From positions 775-64,774 of the forward strand of contig JANYIJ010000100.1 of assembly GCA_025362095.1 (NCBI GenBank): a stretch of DNA of 64,000 nt, given 5' to 3'. Below, in pieces: positions 35,932 to 44,226 of the stretch. The position numbers were made by a program, and so were the translations under genes. Positions within the stretch are counted from its first letter, which is position 1. Every line of letters begins with the position of its first letter. The notes beneath the pieces were generated by a model that was given only the letters and a program-made list of their open reading frames with translations, did not search any database and was not told the DNA's origin. The stretch is from Gemmatimonadota bacterium (lineage in GTDB: Bacteria; Gemmatimonadota; Gemmatimonadetes; Gemmatimonadales; Gemmatimonadaceae).

Positions 35932-37218
35932 ATGGAAGACGAAATCAGCAGACTTTTTTCTGACTTCGACCGAGGCAAAGTCTCGCGTCGCGCACTGCTG
36001 CAGGCGCTCGGCTTCGCCGCAGTCGCCACGCCGTTTGCTGCGCCGCTTTCGCGCGCATTCGCGCAGGGTCGATGCGCTGGACGCGATGCCGATACGTCTG
36101 CGGCGTGCGGAAAGGTGCCGATGACGGCGCCCTTCAAGCCCACGGGCTGGAAGACGGTCCTGATGGATCACTTCTCGATGAGGGTCACCGACGCGGAGCG
36201 CGAAGCGGCTTGGTACGCTGCATTCCTCGGATGGAAGGTCCGCAGCAACACCGCCGAGGGCATCTATATGGATATCGGTGACTGGGGCGGCGTCATGATC
36301 AAGGGTGGCTACACGCCGCCGCCTCCGGGCGCGCGCGGCGGTCGTGGTGGTGGCGGAGCAGCTGGCGCACCGGGCGCAGTCGCTGGTGGCGGACGTGGTG
36401 ACACCACGGGACGCGGTGCCGCAGGTCGCGCAGGCGGTGGCGGTGGTGGCGGTGGTGCGCCGCGCGTTGATCCGAGCCACATGGCGGCGTGCGACGTGCC
36501 AAAGGTGGCACGCATCCCGGGCGCGGGCGCACTCTGGGACGGATTCTGCTGGGGCATCGCGCCGTGGGACACTAAGAAGGTCGAGGCCGCGCTCACAGAA
36601 CGCGGGCTCAACCCGGTCGCCGATCACTCGGGCAAGGATTTCTTCAGCTTCCACGTGAAGGATCCAGACGGGATGGACGTCCAGATCAGCAACGGCACGA
36701 AAAAGAATCGCCGTCAAGGGCCGGCCAATGGCAAACTCAATGTCGAGCTTCCGTTCGAGTCGATGGGATTGAAGTCGGTCTATCTCGATCACATCTCGTA
36801 TCAGTGCACCAGCTACAAGGAGACGGTCGCTTTCTACGAGGCGCTCCTCGGCTGGAAGGGGCTCGGCGATGAAGGCAGTCAGAATGAGACTGTGATTTCG
36901 CCGGAGATCGGCGGCCTGCTGATCCGGGGCGGCAACGTGACGACGCCCGGCTTCGTGATGCCGGCCGAGCGCCGCGCAGTGATGAATCACATCTCGTTCG
37001 GTGTCACGCCGTTCGACGCCGACCGCATCTGGGCCGATTGCTGCAAGCGCGGGCTGACGGCGAGCGTCGACACGGGCGCGATCTCGTCGTCGGCTGACAA
37101 GGAAAAGGACATCCACACGGCGAACTACAAGAGCTTTCACACGAACTCGCCAAACAATTACAATGTGCAGTTCAGCGCGAAGATCAGTGCGGGCATGATC
37201 ACGGGGCCGGGCGCGTAG
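35932..37218 (+). CDS. TAT-exported two-domain VOC-fold protein, paralog 2
   Basis: Leader ...VSRRALLQALGFAAVATPFAAPLSRAFAQGRC. It aligns by eye with 27145-28257 (GWKTVLMDHFSMRVTD / GWKTVLLDHFSMQVVD; FSFHVKDPDGMDVQISNGTKKNRR / FESFHVKDPDGFDLQLSNGNKKNRR). It has a much longer Gly/Arg loop at the same position. Confidence 0.75.
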   Translation: MEDEISRLFSDFDRGKVSRRALLQALGFAAVATPFAAPLSRAFAQGRCAGRDADTSAACGKVPMTAPFKPTGWKTVLMDHFSMRVTDAEREAAWYAAFLGWKVRSNTAEGIYMDIGDWGGVMIKGGYTPPPPGARGGRGGGGAAGAPGAVAGGGRGDTTGRGAAGRAGGGGGGGGAPRVDPSHMAACDVPKVARIPGAGALWDGFCWGIAPWDTKKVEAALTERGLNPVADHSGKDFFSFHVKDPDGMDVQISNGTKKNRRQGPANGKLNVELPFESMGLKSVYLDHISYQCTSYKETVAFYEALLGWKGLGDEGSQNETVISPEIGGLLIRGGNVTTPGFVMPAERRAVMNHISFGVTPFDADRIWADCCKRGLTASVDTGAISSSADKEKDIHTANYKSFHTNSPNNYNVQFSAKISAGMITGPGA

Positions 37219-37244
37219 GAGTTAGAAGACCTCAGACTCAGACT

Positions 37245-38918
37245 CTACGGAAATGATGCCAGGTATTTCGGTTCGCGGCGCAGCTTGGTCGCCTGCTCGA
37301 ACGCGTATGCGAACTTGATGAGCTTGCCTTCTTCCCACGCGCGCGCAATGAACGACAATCCAACCGGACACTCGCCCACGATTCCCATGGGCGCCGTGAT
37401 GCTCGGGTAGCCTGCGACCGCCGCGAAGCTCGAGTTGCCTCCGGTGAAGTGGTCGCCGTTGAGGACGTCGGTGGTCCACGCGGGCGCGTTCGATGGAAGT
37501 ACGATCGCGTCAAGCATGTGCTTCGCCATGGTGGCGTCGATTCCTTCTGTTCGCGACAGGCGAACACATTTCGCGCGCGCGTCGAGATATTTCTTGTCGG
37601 TGAGGGGGCCGCACTTCTGAGCGCGAACAAACGTCTCCTGGCCGAACCAGGGCATCTCGCGCGCCTTCTCGCGTTCGTTGAAGGCGATGAGATCGGCGAG
37701 CGATTTCACCGGTGAGCTCGCTCCGAGAGACGCGAGATACGCGTTGATCCCGGCCTTGAACTCGTAGTCGAGTACCGTGCCCTCGGCGTCGTCGAACTTG
37801 CCGAGCGTAGCGAGCTTGACCGGATCTACAATGATCGCGCCGGCGTTCTTCAGGGCCGCGATCGCGTCGTCGAACCGCGCGTCGACCGCATCGTTGAATC
37901 CCGCGAGCGTTCGCGCGACGCCGATTCGCGCGCCCTTCAACCCGCCCGCGTCGAGAAACGCGAGGTAGCTCGCGGAGCTCTTACCACGGCTCGGGTTCGT
38001 CGCAGCATCGCGCGGATCCACTCCGGTGAGCGGGCCGAGGAGCACGGCGGCGTCAGCCACAGAGCGCGCCATCGGGCCGGCCGTATCCTGCGACGACGAG
38101 ATCGGAATGATGCCGCTGCGTCCCCAAAGACCGACCGTTGGCTTGATGCCCACCAGTCCGTTGATGCTCGACGGCGAGATGATCGATCCGTCGGTCTCGC
38201 TGCCGATGCCGAGAGGCGCGTAGGTTGCCGCCATCGCCGCGCCGGTGCCGCTGCTCGAGCCGCTCGTGTTGCGGTTCAACACATACGGATTTCGGGTGAG
38301 TCCGCCGCGTCCGCTCCACCCGCTGACGCTGTGCGTCGACCGGAAATTTGCCCACTCGCTCAAGTTCGTTTTTCCGAGGAGCACGGCACCGGCCGCGCGC
38401 AGCCGCTCGATGATGAACGCATCGTTCGCAGGAATGCTGTTGGCGAGCGCGAGCGAACCCGCACTCGTACGCATCTTATCTGCGCTGCCGATGTTGTCCT
38501 TGATCAGCACGGGAATTCCGTGCAGCGGGCCGACAATTCCTCCGGCCTTTCGCTCGGCGTCGCGCTGATCGGCTATCGAAAGGGCATCGGGATTCAATTC
38601 GATCACCGCGTTGAGCGCGACACCGGTCTTGTCCATCTGCGCGATGCGACTCAGGCAGCGCTGTGTGAGGTCGCGAGATGTGAGCGCGCCGCGCTGCATC
38701 ATGGCGCCGAGCTCCGACACAGAGCGCGAGAGCACGTCGTCGATCTGCGGAGCGGCGTTGGCGCCGGCAGCGTTCGGCAGCGGGATCGCACCGGGTTGCC
38801 CAGCGGGTTGCCCAGCAGTCGCCGCCGACGGCGCGCCGATCAGCGCCGCGCCCGCAGCGAGCGATGAACCGACGAACGCCCTGCGGTTGATCGTGGATGT
38901 GTCCGGTTGTTCACTCAT
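37245..38918 (-). CDS. TAT-exported amidase (amidase-signature family), paralog 2
   Basis: Leader INRRAFVGSSLAAGAALIGAPSAATA. AS motifs GIPVLIKDNI and SGSSSGTGAAMA. Confidence 0.9.
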   Translation of the reverse strand: MSEQPDTSTINRRAFVGSSLAAGAALIGAPSAATAGQPAGQPGAIPLPNAAGANAAPQIDDVLSRSVSELGAMMQRGALTSRDLTQRCLSRIAQMDKTGVALNAVIELNPDALSIADQRDAERKAGGIVGPLHGIPVLIKDNIGSADKMRTSAGSLALANSIPANDAFIIERLRAAGAVLLGKTNLSEWANFRSTHSVSGWSGRGGLTRNPYVLNRNTSGSSSGTGAAMAATYAPLGIGSETDGSIISPSSINGLVGIKPTVGLWGRSGIIPISSSQDTAGPMARSVADAAVLLGPLTGVDPRDAATNPSRGKSSASYLAFLDAGGLKGARIGVARTLAGFNDAVDARFDDAIAALKNAGAIIVDPVKLATLGKFDDAEGTVLDYEFKAGINAYLASLGASSPVKSLADLIAFNEREKAREMPWFGQETFVRAQKCGPLTDKKYLDARAKCVRLSRTEGIDATMAKHMLDAIVLPSNAPAWTTDVLNGDHFTGGNSSFAAVAGYPSITAPMGIVGECPVGLSFIARAWEEGKLIKFAYAFEQATKLRREPKYLASFP

Positions 38919-39018
38919 GACAGCTCCTCTGCCACGACTGCTCGCGGCATCCGTACAGCCAAGTGAGGAAAACGCCGACAGCCAGCGCGGCCAGCGCAGT
39001 TAGGATGTAGCTCATCAT
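38911..39018 (-). CDS. Candidate 35-aa single-helix membrane micro-ORF, translationally overlapping the amidase start
   Basis: Not in the track (<60 aa). Translation is ATGATG...MMSYILTALAALAVGVFLTWLYGCREQSWQRSCHE*. Its stop TGA overlaps the amidase ATG (cATGAGTGA). It could be chance in a high-GC genome. Confidence 0.3.
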   Translation of the reverse strand: MMSYILTALAALAVGVFLTWLYGCREQSWQRSCHE

Positions 39019-39058
39019 CTATATATACGCCTCATTGGTCGCTTTCAGGAGGTTCACC

Positions 39059-39562
39059 ATGGCCCCGTTTCCGCGATCGGTTGTCTGCTGCGCCGCGTTA
39101 GCCGCCACATTTTTCCTCGTCGCCGCGCCCGCAGATGCGCAAGTCACGTCCTCAGGAGAGCGCATTCAGTACGTACGCGTCCTCGCAAAGGACTATCTGT
39201 TCGAAGCGCCGAGCACGCTCCTCGATGGAATCGCCACCTTCCATCTCGTGAATCAAGGGAGCGACCTGCACCAGCTCGCGATCGTCGAGATCGGCGCCGG
39301 GCATACGATCAAACAATTCTTCGACGCGATGCGCGTCACCGGGACACCGCCCCTCTGGGCGGTAACCGTCGGCATGACCCCGACCATCCAACCGAGCACC
39401 GAGGCGTTCGTCACGATTCGTCTCGTGCCGGGGCACTACGTTCTCGCTTGCATGATCCCCGCGAAGGACGGCCGGTCGCACGTCGAGAAGGGGATGTATC
39501 GCTGGATTGACGTTGCCGCGCGCTCCAAGCCGGCGGCCCCGTCGGCAGCGAAGAAACCGTGA
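39059..39562 (+). CDS. Exported hypothetical protein, possibly cupredoxin-like
   Basis: AGGAGG (39047-39052) precedes ATG 39059. Signal peptide ...[11 protein letters not shown]. Candidate type-1 Cu-like ligand pattern: H in [11 protein letters not shown], then C-x9-H-x4-M in [21 protein letters not shown]. The fold assignment is my inference. Confidence 0.5.
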   Translation: MAPFPRSVVCCAALAATFFLVAAPADAQVTSSGERIQYVRVLAKDYLFEAPSTLLDGIATFHLVNQGSDLHQLAIVEIGAGHTIKQFFDAMRVTGTPPLWAVTVGMTPTIQPSTEAFVTIRLVPGHYVLACMIPAKDGRSHVEKGMYRWIDVAARSKPAAPSAAKKP

Positions 39563-40692
39563 GCCTGTTCTCCCTTGCCGAACGACTGCGCGGATTGCGC
39601 GTGCTCGTCGGCAACACGCCGCTGCTGGCGATCGAATTCAACGTGGACGGCGGGCGCACACGTCGGCTTTATGCGAAAGCCGAAAATCTGAACCTGACCG
39701 AGAGCATAAAGGATCGCATGGCGCTGCACATCGTGCGCAAGGCGATCGAGTCGGGCGTCCTGCGCGCAGGCGGGTTGATCATCGAGGCCACCAGTGGCAA
39801 CACCGGCATCTCGTTCTGCGCGATCGGGCGCGCGCTCGGTCACCCCGTGACGATCTTCATGCCGGACTGGATGAGCTCCGAACGGATCGCGCTCATTCGA
39901 TCGTTCGGCGCGACCGTCGTGCTGGTCTCCAAAGAAGAAGGCGGCTTTCTCGGCTCGATCAGGCTCGCCGAGGAGCTCGCGACGAACACACCGGGAGCGT
40001 TCCTGCCGCAGCAGTTCAGCAACGAGGCGAACAGCGACGCGCACTTTCGTTCGACTGGGCCGGAACTGTGGGCACAGCTGCAGGCCGAGCATCTCACGCC
40101 GGCGGCGTTCGTTGCCGGCGTCGGGACCGGCGGCACCATAATGGGCACGGGCCGCTTTCTTCGGAGTGTGTGCCCATCCATCCGTCTGCATCCCATGGAG
40201 CCCGCGAATTCGCCGACGCTCTCCGCAGGACACAAGGTGGGCAAGCACCGGATCCAGGGTGTGAGCGACGAATTCATTCCCGCGATCGTGCACCTCGAGC
40301 AGCTCGATCGTGTGATCGCCGTGGACGACGGCGACTCGATTCTCATGGCGCAGAAGCTGGCGACCGAGCTCGGGCTAGGCGTCGGCATTTCGAGCGGCGG
40401 CAATTTTCTCGCAGCGATGCTGGCGCAGGACGATCTCGCCGAAGATGCAGTGGTGGCCACCGTGTTCAGCGATTCGAACAAGAAATACTTGAGTACTGAT
40501 CTCTTGCGCGAGGAGCCCGTGAAGCCGGAGCACCTGTCGCCTCACGTTCGGCTGCTCGGATTTCGCGCGGTCAATCGTGTGTGCGATTTCTGTTTCGATC
40601 CGGAGCATCCAGCGGTCGCGCCGCCGGGATTCTATTCGATCGAATCGCGTCGCGCGGCGGGTGCCTTACCTCCGGCTATTGGTGTGGCGTAG
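39559..40692 (+). CDS. Cysteine synthase / PLP-dependent CysK-CysM family enzyme with about 60-aa C-terminal extension
   Basis: [17 protein letters not shown] (PLP Lys) and [13 protein letters not shown]. The GTG start overlaps the upstream stop (GTGA). The extra tail contains CDFC. Confidence 0.8.
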   Translation: MSLFSLAERLRGLRVLVGNTPLLAIEFNVDGGRTRRLYAKAENLNLTESIKDRMALHIVRKAIESGVLRAGGLIIEATSGNTGISFCAIGRALGHPVTIFMPDWMSSERIALIRSFGATVVLVSKEEGGFLGSIRLAEELATNTPGAFLPQQFSNEANSDAHFRSTGPELWAQLQAEHLTPAAFVAGVGTGGTIMGTGRFLRSVCPSIRLHPMEPANSPTLSAGHKVGKHRIQGVSDEFIPAIVHLEQLDRVIAVDDGDSILMAQKLATELGLGVGISSGGNFLAAMLAQDDLAEDAVVATVFSDSNKKYLSTDLLREEPVKPEHLSPHVRLLGFRAVNRVCDFCFDPEHPAVAPPGFYSIESRRAAGALPPAIGVA

Positions 40693-40748
40693 CTTATCGA
40701 CCAGAAAGATCGATACGCCATCCACGCACGCCAACTGCAGAGGACAGC

Positions 40749-41903
40749 ATGTCCGGACTCGACGCGCAAACGATCTCGACGCAGCGCGGGTTGAACACGC
40801 GCCGGGAGTTCCTCGCGACCGCGCCGCTCGGCGTGCTAGGGGTGATTGCGGCGTGCAAGGACGGCGCGGTTGAAACTGCGGGTGGGGCGGCTCCGCCAGC
40901 GGGCGCCGCCGCACCAGCGACCACTTCCGCCAACGCGATCATGGCCGTGCCCGCCGACGCGCCGACGCTGACGTGGACGCCAAAGCACGAAGATCTTGTC
41001 TACACGTTCGGCGGCGCCGCACCCAAGCATCGCATCAGGCCCGGCACGCGCATCGTGACCTGGACGGAGGATTGCTTTGACGGAGCCGTCGCGACCGCGG
41101 CTGATTTGCCCTCGAAGAAGATGACGCCCGGTCACGACAATCCGCAGACGGGTCCGTTCTACGTGGAGGGCGCCGAGCCGGGCGACACGATCGCGATTCA
41201 CATCGTGAAGCTCGAACCGGCGCGCTCGTACGCGGTGTCGAATTTCGGACCGGGCTTCGGCGCGCTCGTTGGAAACAATGAGACGGCGATGCTCGGCGCG
41301 GATTTTCCGGAGACCACTTGGCGGTATGAAGTTGACGCCAAGAAAAACGTTGCGCGCAGTTCGTCGCGCGACGGAAAGCACTCGTGGGAAGTGCCGATGG
41401 CGCCGTTCCTCGGCTGTCTCGGAGTCGCGCCCGCGGGCGGGGAAGTGCGCACGACGATCGTCCCGGGGAATTTCGGCGGCAACATGGACTGCCCCGAAGT
41501 GCGCGCGGGCAACACGGTCTACCTCGGCGTGAATGTGCCGGGCGCGCTCGTCTCGTTCGGAGACGGCCACTACGCGATGGGCGATGGCGAAATAATGGGT
41601 GCGGCGATCGAAGGCGCGATGAACGTCGAGGTGTACGTCGAGCTCATCAAGAAAAAGGCGACACCAATTCCGCGAATTGAAAATGCCGACGAAATCATGT
41701 TCGTCGGCTCGGGACGCCCGCTCGAAGACGCCGCGCGCGTTGCCTTCAAGGCGATGATCGGATGGGTGCGGGAGAAATCCGGGATGTCCGAAATGGACAC
41801 GTATCAGTTCGTGTCGCAGAACGCGAAGGCGCCGGTGATCCAGCTTGTGGATCCTGAATACACCATGATCGTCAAGCTCGAGAAGAAGAGAATCCCGGGG
41901 TAG
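40749..41903 (+). CDS. Acetamidase/formamidase family protein, TAT/lipoprotein-type leader
   Basis: Leader NTRREFLATAPLGVLGVIAAC. Family motifs GPFYVEGAEPGDTIAIHI, GGNMDCPEV and GDGHYAMGDGEI. Confidence 0.85.
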   Translation: MSGLDAQTISTQRGLNTRREFLATAPLGVLGVIAACKDGAVETAGGAAPPAGAAAPATTSANAIMAVPADAPTLTWTPKHEDLVYTFGGAAPKHRIRPGTRIVTWTEDCFDGAVATAADLPSKKMTPGHDNPQTGPFYVEGAEPGDTIAIHIVKLEPARSYAVSNFGPGFGALVGNNETAMLGADFPETTWRYEVDAKKNVARSSSRDGKHSWEVPMAPFLGCLGVAPAGGEVRTTIVPGNFGGNMDCPEVRAGNTVYLGVNVPGALVSFGDGHYAMGDGEIMGAAIEGAMNVEVYVELIKKKATPIPRIENADEIMFVGSGRPLEDAARVAFKAMIGWVREKSGMSEMDTYQFVSQNAKAPVIQLVDPEYTMIVKLEKKRIPG

Positions 41904-41978
41904 ATCGCGGTGATTTTGCGTATATTTCAGGACTGAGTCTCGACCAGCACCGTCAGGATTTCCACTACAAATAAAAAC

Positions 41979-43064
41979 ATGGCAGCGACGCCGCTCTATC
42001 AAACGCTGAAGGACATAAAACTCACCACGGTCAGGAAGTCGATCTCCGAAGGCTCGTTCAAGCGCTCCGCTGTTCAGACGTTCGGCTGGTACGCGTTCGA
42101 CCTCGCGTTGTATCTGAGCCTGATGTTCGGCGTGTTTGCCGCGCACTCGTGGTGGGCCAAACTTCTGTTCGGACTCGGCGCCGGCTGCGCCGTAGCGTTC
42201 ATGTTCGTGTGGGCGCACGACGCGGCGCACGGCGCGCTCTTTGAGAGCGACTGGACCGCCGAAATTCTCGGCACGATCTTCATGCTTCCGTCGCTCAACA
42301 TGTACCGCCTCTGGTGCCACGGGCACAACCGCGTGCACCACGGGTTCACGTCGCTGACGCCGGTCGACTGGATCTGGCGTCCGATGACGCCCGCGCAATA
42401 CGCGGCGCTGCCGTGGTATCGCAAACTCGTCTATCGCCTCGAGCGCACGCCCTATGCGTGCGCGCTGCACTACGTGAACAAAGTGTGGTGGCCGGGGATG
42501 GTGATGTATCAACCGGACAAGGCGTCACGCGAGCGCGTGGGCTACAACGTGCACAAGCTGATCACGCTCGCGTTCGCGCTGACATTTGGAACGGTGGCGT
42601 GGATCTGGGGCGGCGGCGTCATCGGTGTGATCGCTGCCGTCGTGGTTCCGTTTGTGGTGTTCAATTATTTCATCGCGCTGTTCGTGTACCTGCACCACAC
42701 GCATCCGGACGTGCCGTTCTTCGATCACCGTCCGGAGTGGAGCAACACGATCGGCCAGGTGTACTGCAGCATCGTGTGGCGGTGCTCGCGCGTCAGCGAG
42801 TTGCTGATTCACAACATCATGATTCACGTGCCGCACCATGTGGACCCGGAGATTCCGTTCTACCGGCTCAAGCGCGCGTATCGCGAGCTGCAGCAGGAGT
42901 ATGGCCAATACATGCACGAGTACAAGTTCAGCTTCACGACCGTTCGAATGATCTTCCGGCGGTGCAAGCTGTACGACTACGAGAGCAAAACCTGGTACAG
43001 CTATCGCGAGGCGGCGGCGATGCTTGCCGCGGCGAGCGCCGCGGCGGTTCAGGTTCAGGCCTAG
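41979..43064 (+). CDS. Membrane fatty-acid desaturase
   Basis: Three His boxes in canonical order (HDAAHG, HNRVHH, HVPHH) with hydrophobic helices between them. Confidence 0.85.
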   Translation: MAATPLYQTLKDIKLTTVRKSISEGSFKRSAVQTFGWYAFDLALYLSLMFGVFAAHSWWAKLLFGLGAGCAVAFMFVWAHDAAHGALFESDWTAEILGTIFMLPSLNMYRLWCHGHNRVHHGFTSLTPVDWIWRPMTPAQYAALPWYRKLVYRLERTPYACALHYVNKVWWPGMVMYQPDKASRERVGYNVHKLITLAFALTFGTVAWIWGGGVIGVIAAVVVPFVVFNYFIALFVYLHHTHPDVPFFDHRPEWSNTIGQVYCSIVWRCSRVSELLIHNIMIHVPHHVDPEIPFYRLKRAYRELQQEYGQYMHEYKFSFTTVRMIFRRCKLYDYESKTWYSYREAAAMLAAASAAAVQVQA

Positions 43065-44167
43065 AGAGCGGTCATCAGCCCGGCCGCAGAGCGGCCGTGC
43101 GGATCCTGTCTCGCGCGGATCAGGTTCACCATTTCGAGCGCCGATTTCGTGCACGGCGGCAGCGCTCGATCGGTGGAGCCCAGCGGCGTCACACGGTGGC
43201 CCCAGCGCACAAGCAGCGACGCCCACGTCAGCCCGCCGCCGAATCCAGGCATCAGCAGCAAGGAGCCGGGCTTCACACGTCCCTCCTCGAGCGCTTCTAC
43301 CAGCGCGACGGGCACTGTGGCGGCGCTCATGTTTCCGTACTTCTGCACGGTAACCATCACGCGATCCATCGGAATGCCGGCGTACTTCGCCACGGATTCG
43401 ATAATGCGCAGGTTCGCCTGATGCGGCACCACGAGGTCGATTTGCTCCGGCGTGACGCCGCCGTCGGCCATCACGCGCGCAGACGCGTCGCTCATTGCCT
43501 TCACGGCGCGCTTGAAGATCACCTGGCCGTCGAAATCCCAAAGCGTGTCGCCGAGCGTGATGCCGCGTCCCGCGTAGCCGCAGCCGATTCCGCGCACGCG
43601 CAGCGACGGCCGCGCCTCGGCGTCGCAGCCGATCATGCTCCCAATCACACCGGTTTCATTTTCCGATGCCTGAAGCACTACAGCTGCGGCGCCGTCGCCA
43701 AAAAGCACTGCAACGTTTCTGTTGCTCCAGTCCATGTAGTGCGTGATCAGCTCGACGCCGATCACGACGGCGTTCTTCACGACGCCGGTGCGGATCATCG
43801 ACGTTGCGGTGATCAAACCATACAGAAAACTCGTGCACGCGGTGTTGACGTCCATCGAGGCGGCGCGAGTGGCGCCGAGGTTGAGCTGCACGCCTGACGC
43901 GCAATTCGGTACCGCTTCATCGTAGCTGCAGCTGCCGTACACGATCAGTTCGAGATCGCTCGCTTCTAGATTCGCGCAGGCGAGCGCGCGCGCCGCGGCA
44001 ACAGTGGACAGCTCGATTGCCGGCACATGCGAGACGCGGCGTTCCTTCATCCCGGTGCGGCTGACAATCCATTCGTCCGACGTATCGAGAAATGTCCCGA
44101 GGTCGGCGTTTGTCAGGACGGACGGCGGCATGCACGAACCCCACCCGGTGATGGCAGCGTAAGTCAT
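43061..44167 (-). CDS. fabH: 3-oxoacyl-ACP synthase III (KAS III)
   Basis: SDEWIVSRTGMKERR, active-site CTSFLYGL, HQANLRI and GNMSAATVP. Start set at MTYAAITGWG. Its stop overlaps the desaturase stop (CTAG). Confidence 0.85.
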   Translation of the reverse strand: MTYAAITGWGSCMPPSVLTNADLGTFLDTSDEWIVSRTGMKERRVSHVPAIELSTVAAARALACANLEASDLELIVYGSCSYDEAVPNCASGVQLNLGATRAASMDVNTACTSFLYGLITATSMIRTGVVKNAVVIGVELITHYMDWSNRNVAVLFGDGAAAVVLQASENETGVIGSMIGCDAEARPSLRVRGIGCGYAGRGITLGDTLWDFDGQVIFKRAVKAMSDASARVMADGGVTPEQIDLVVPHQANLRIIESVAKYAGIPMDRVMVTVQKYGNMSAATVPVALVEALEEGRVKPGSLLLMPGFGGGLTWASLLVRWGHRVTPLGSTDRALPPCTKSALEMVNLIRARQDPHGRSAAGLMTAL

Positions 44168-44226
44168 GCCGGAAGCTATGCCATTTTCCGCTTTCCAGCA
44201 CGTGCCGCGATCCATAGCTTCCGTGC

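Noticed and set aside
43061-43064. Convergent desaturase and fabH stop codons overlapping as CTAG
   Set aside because: It is real but trivial. A 4-nt palindromic stop overlap is a common by-product of compact genomes and implies no special regulation.
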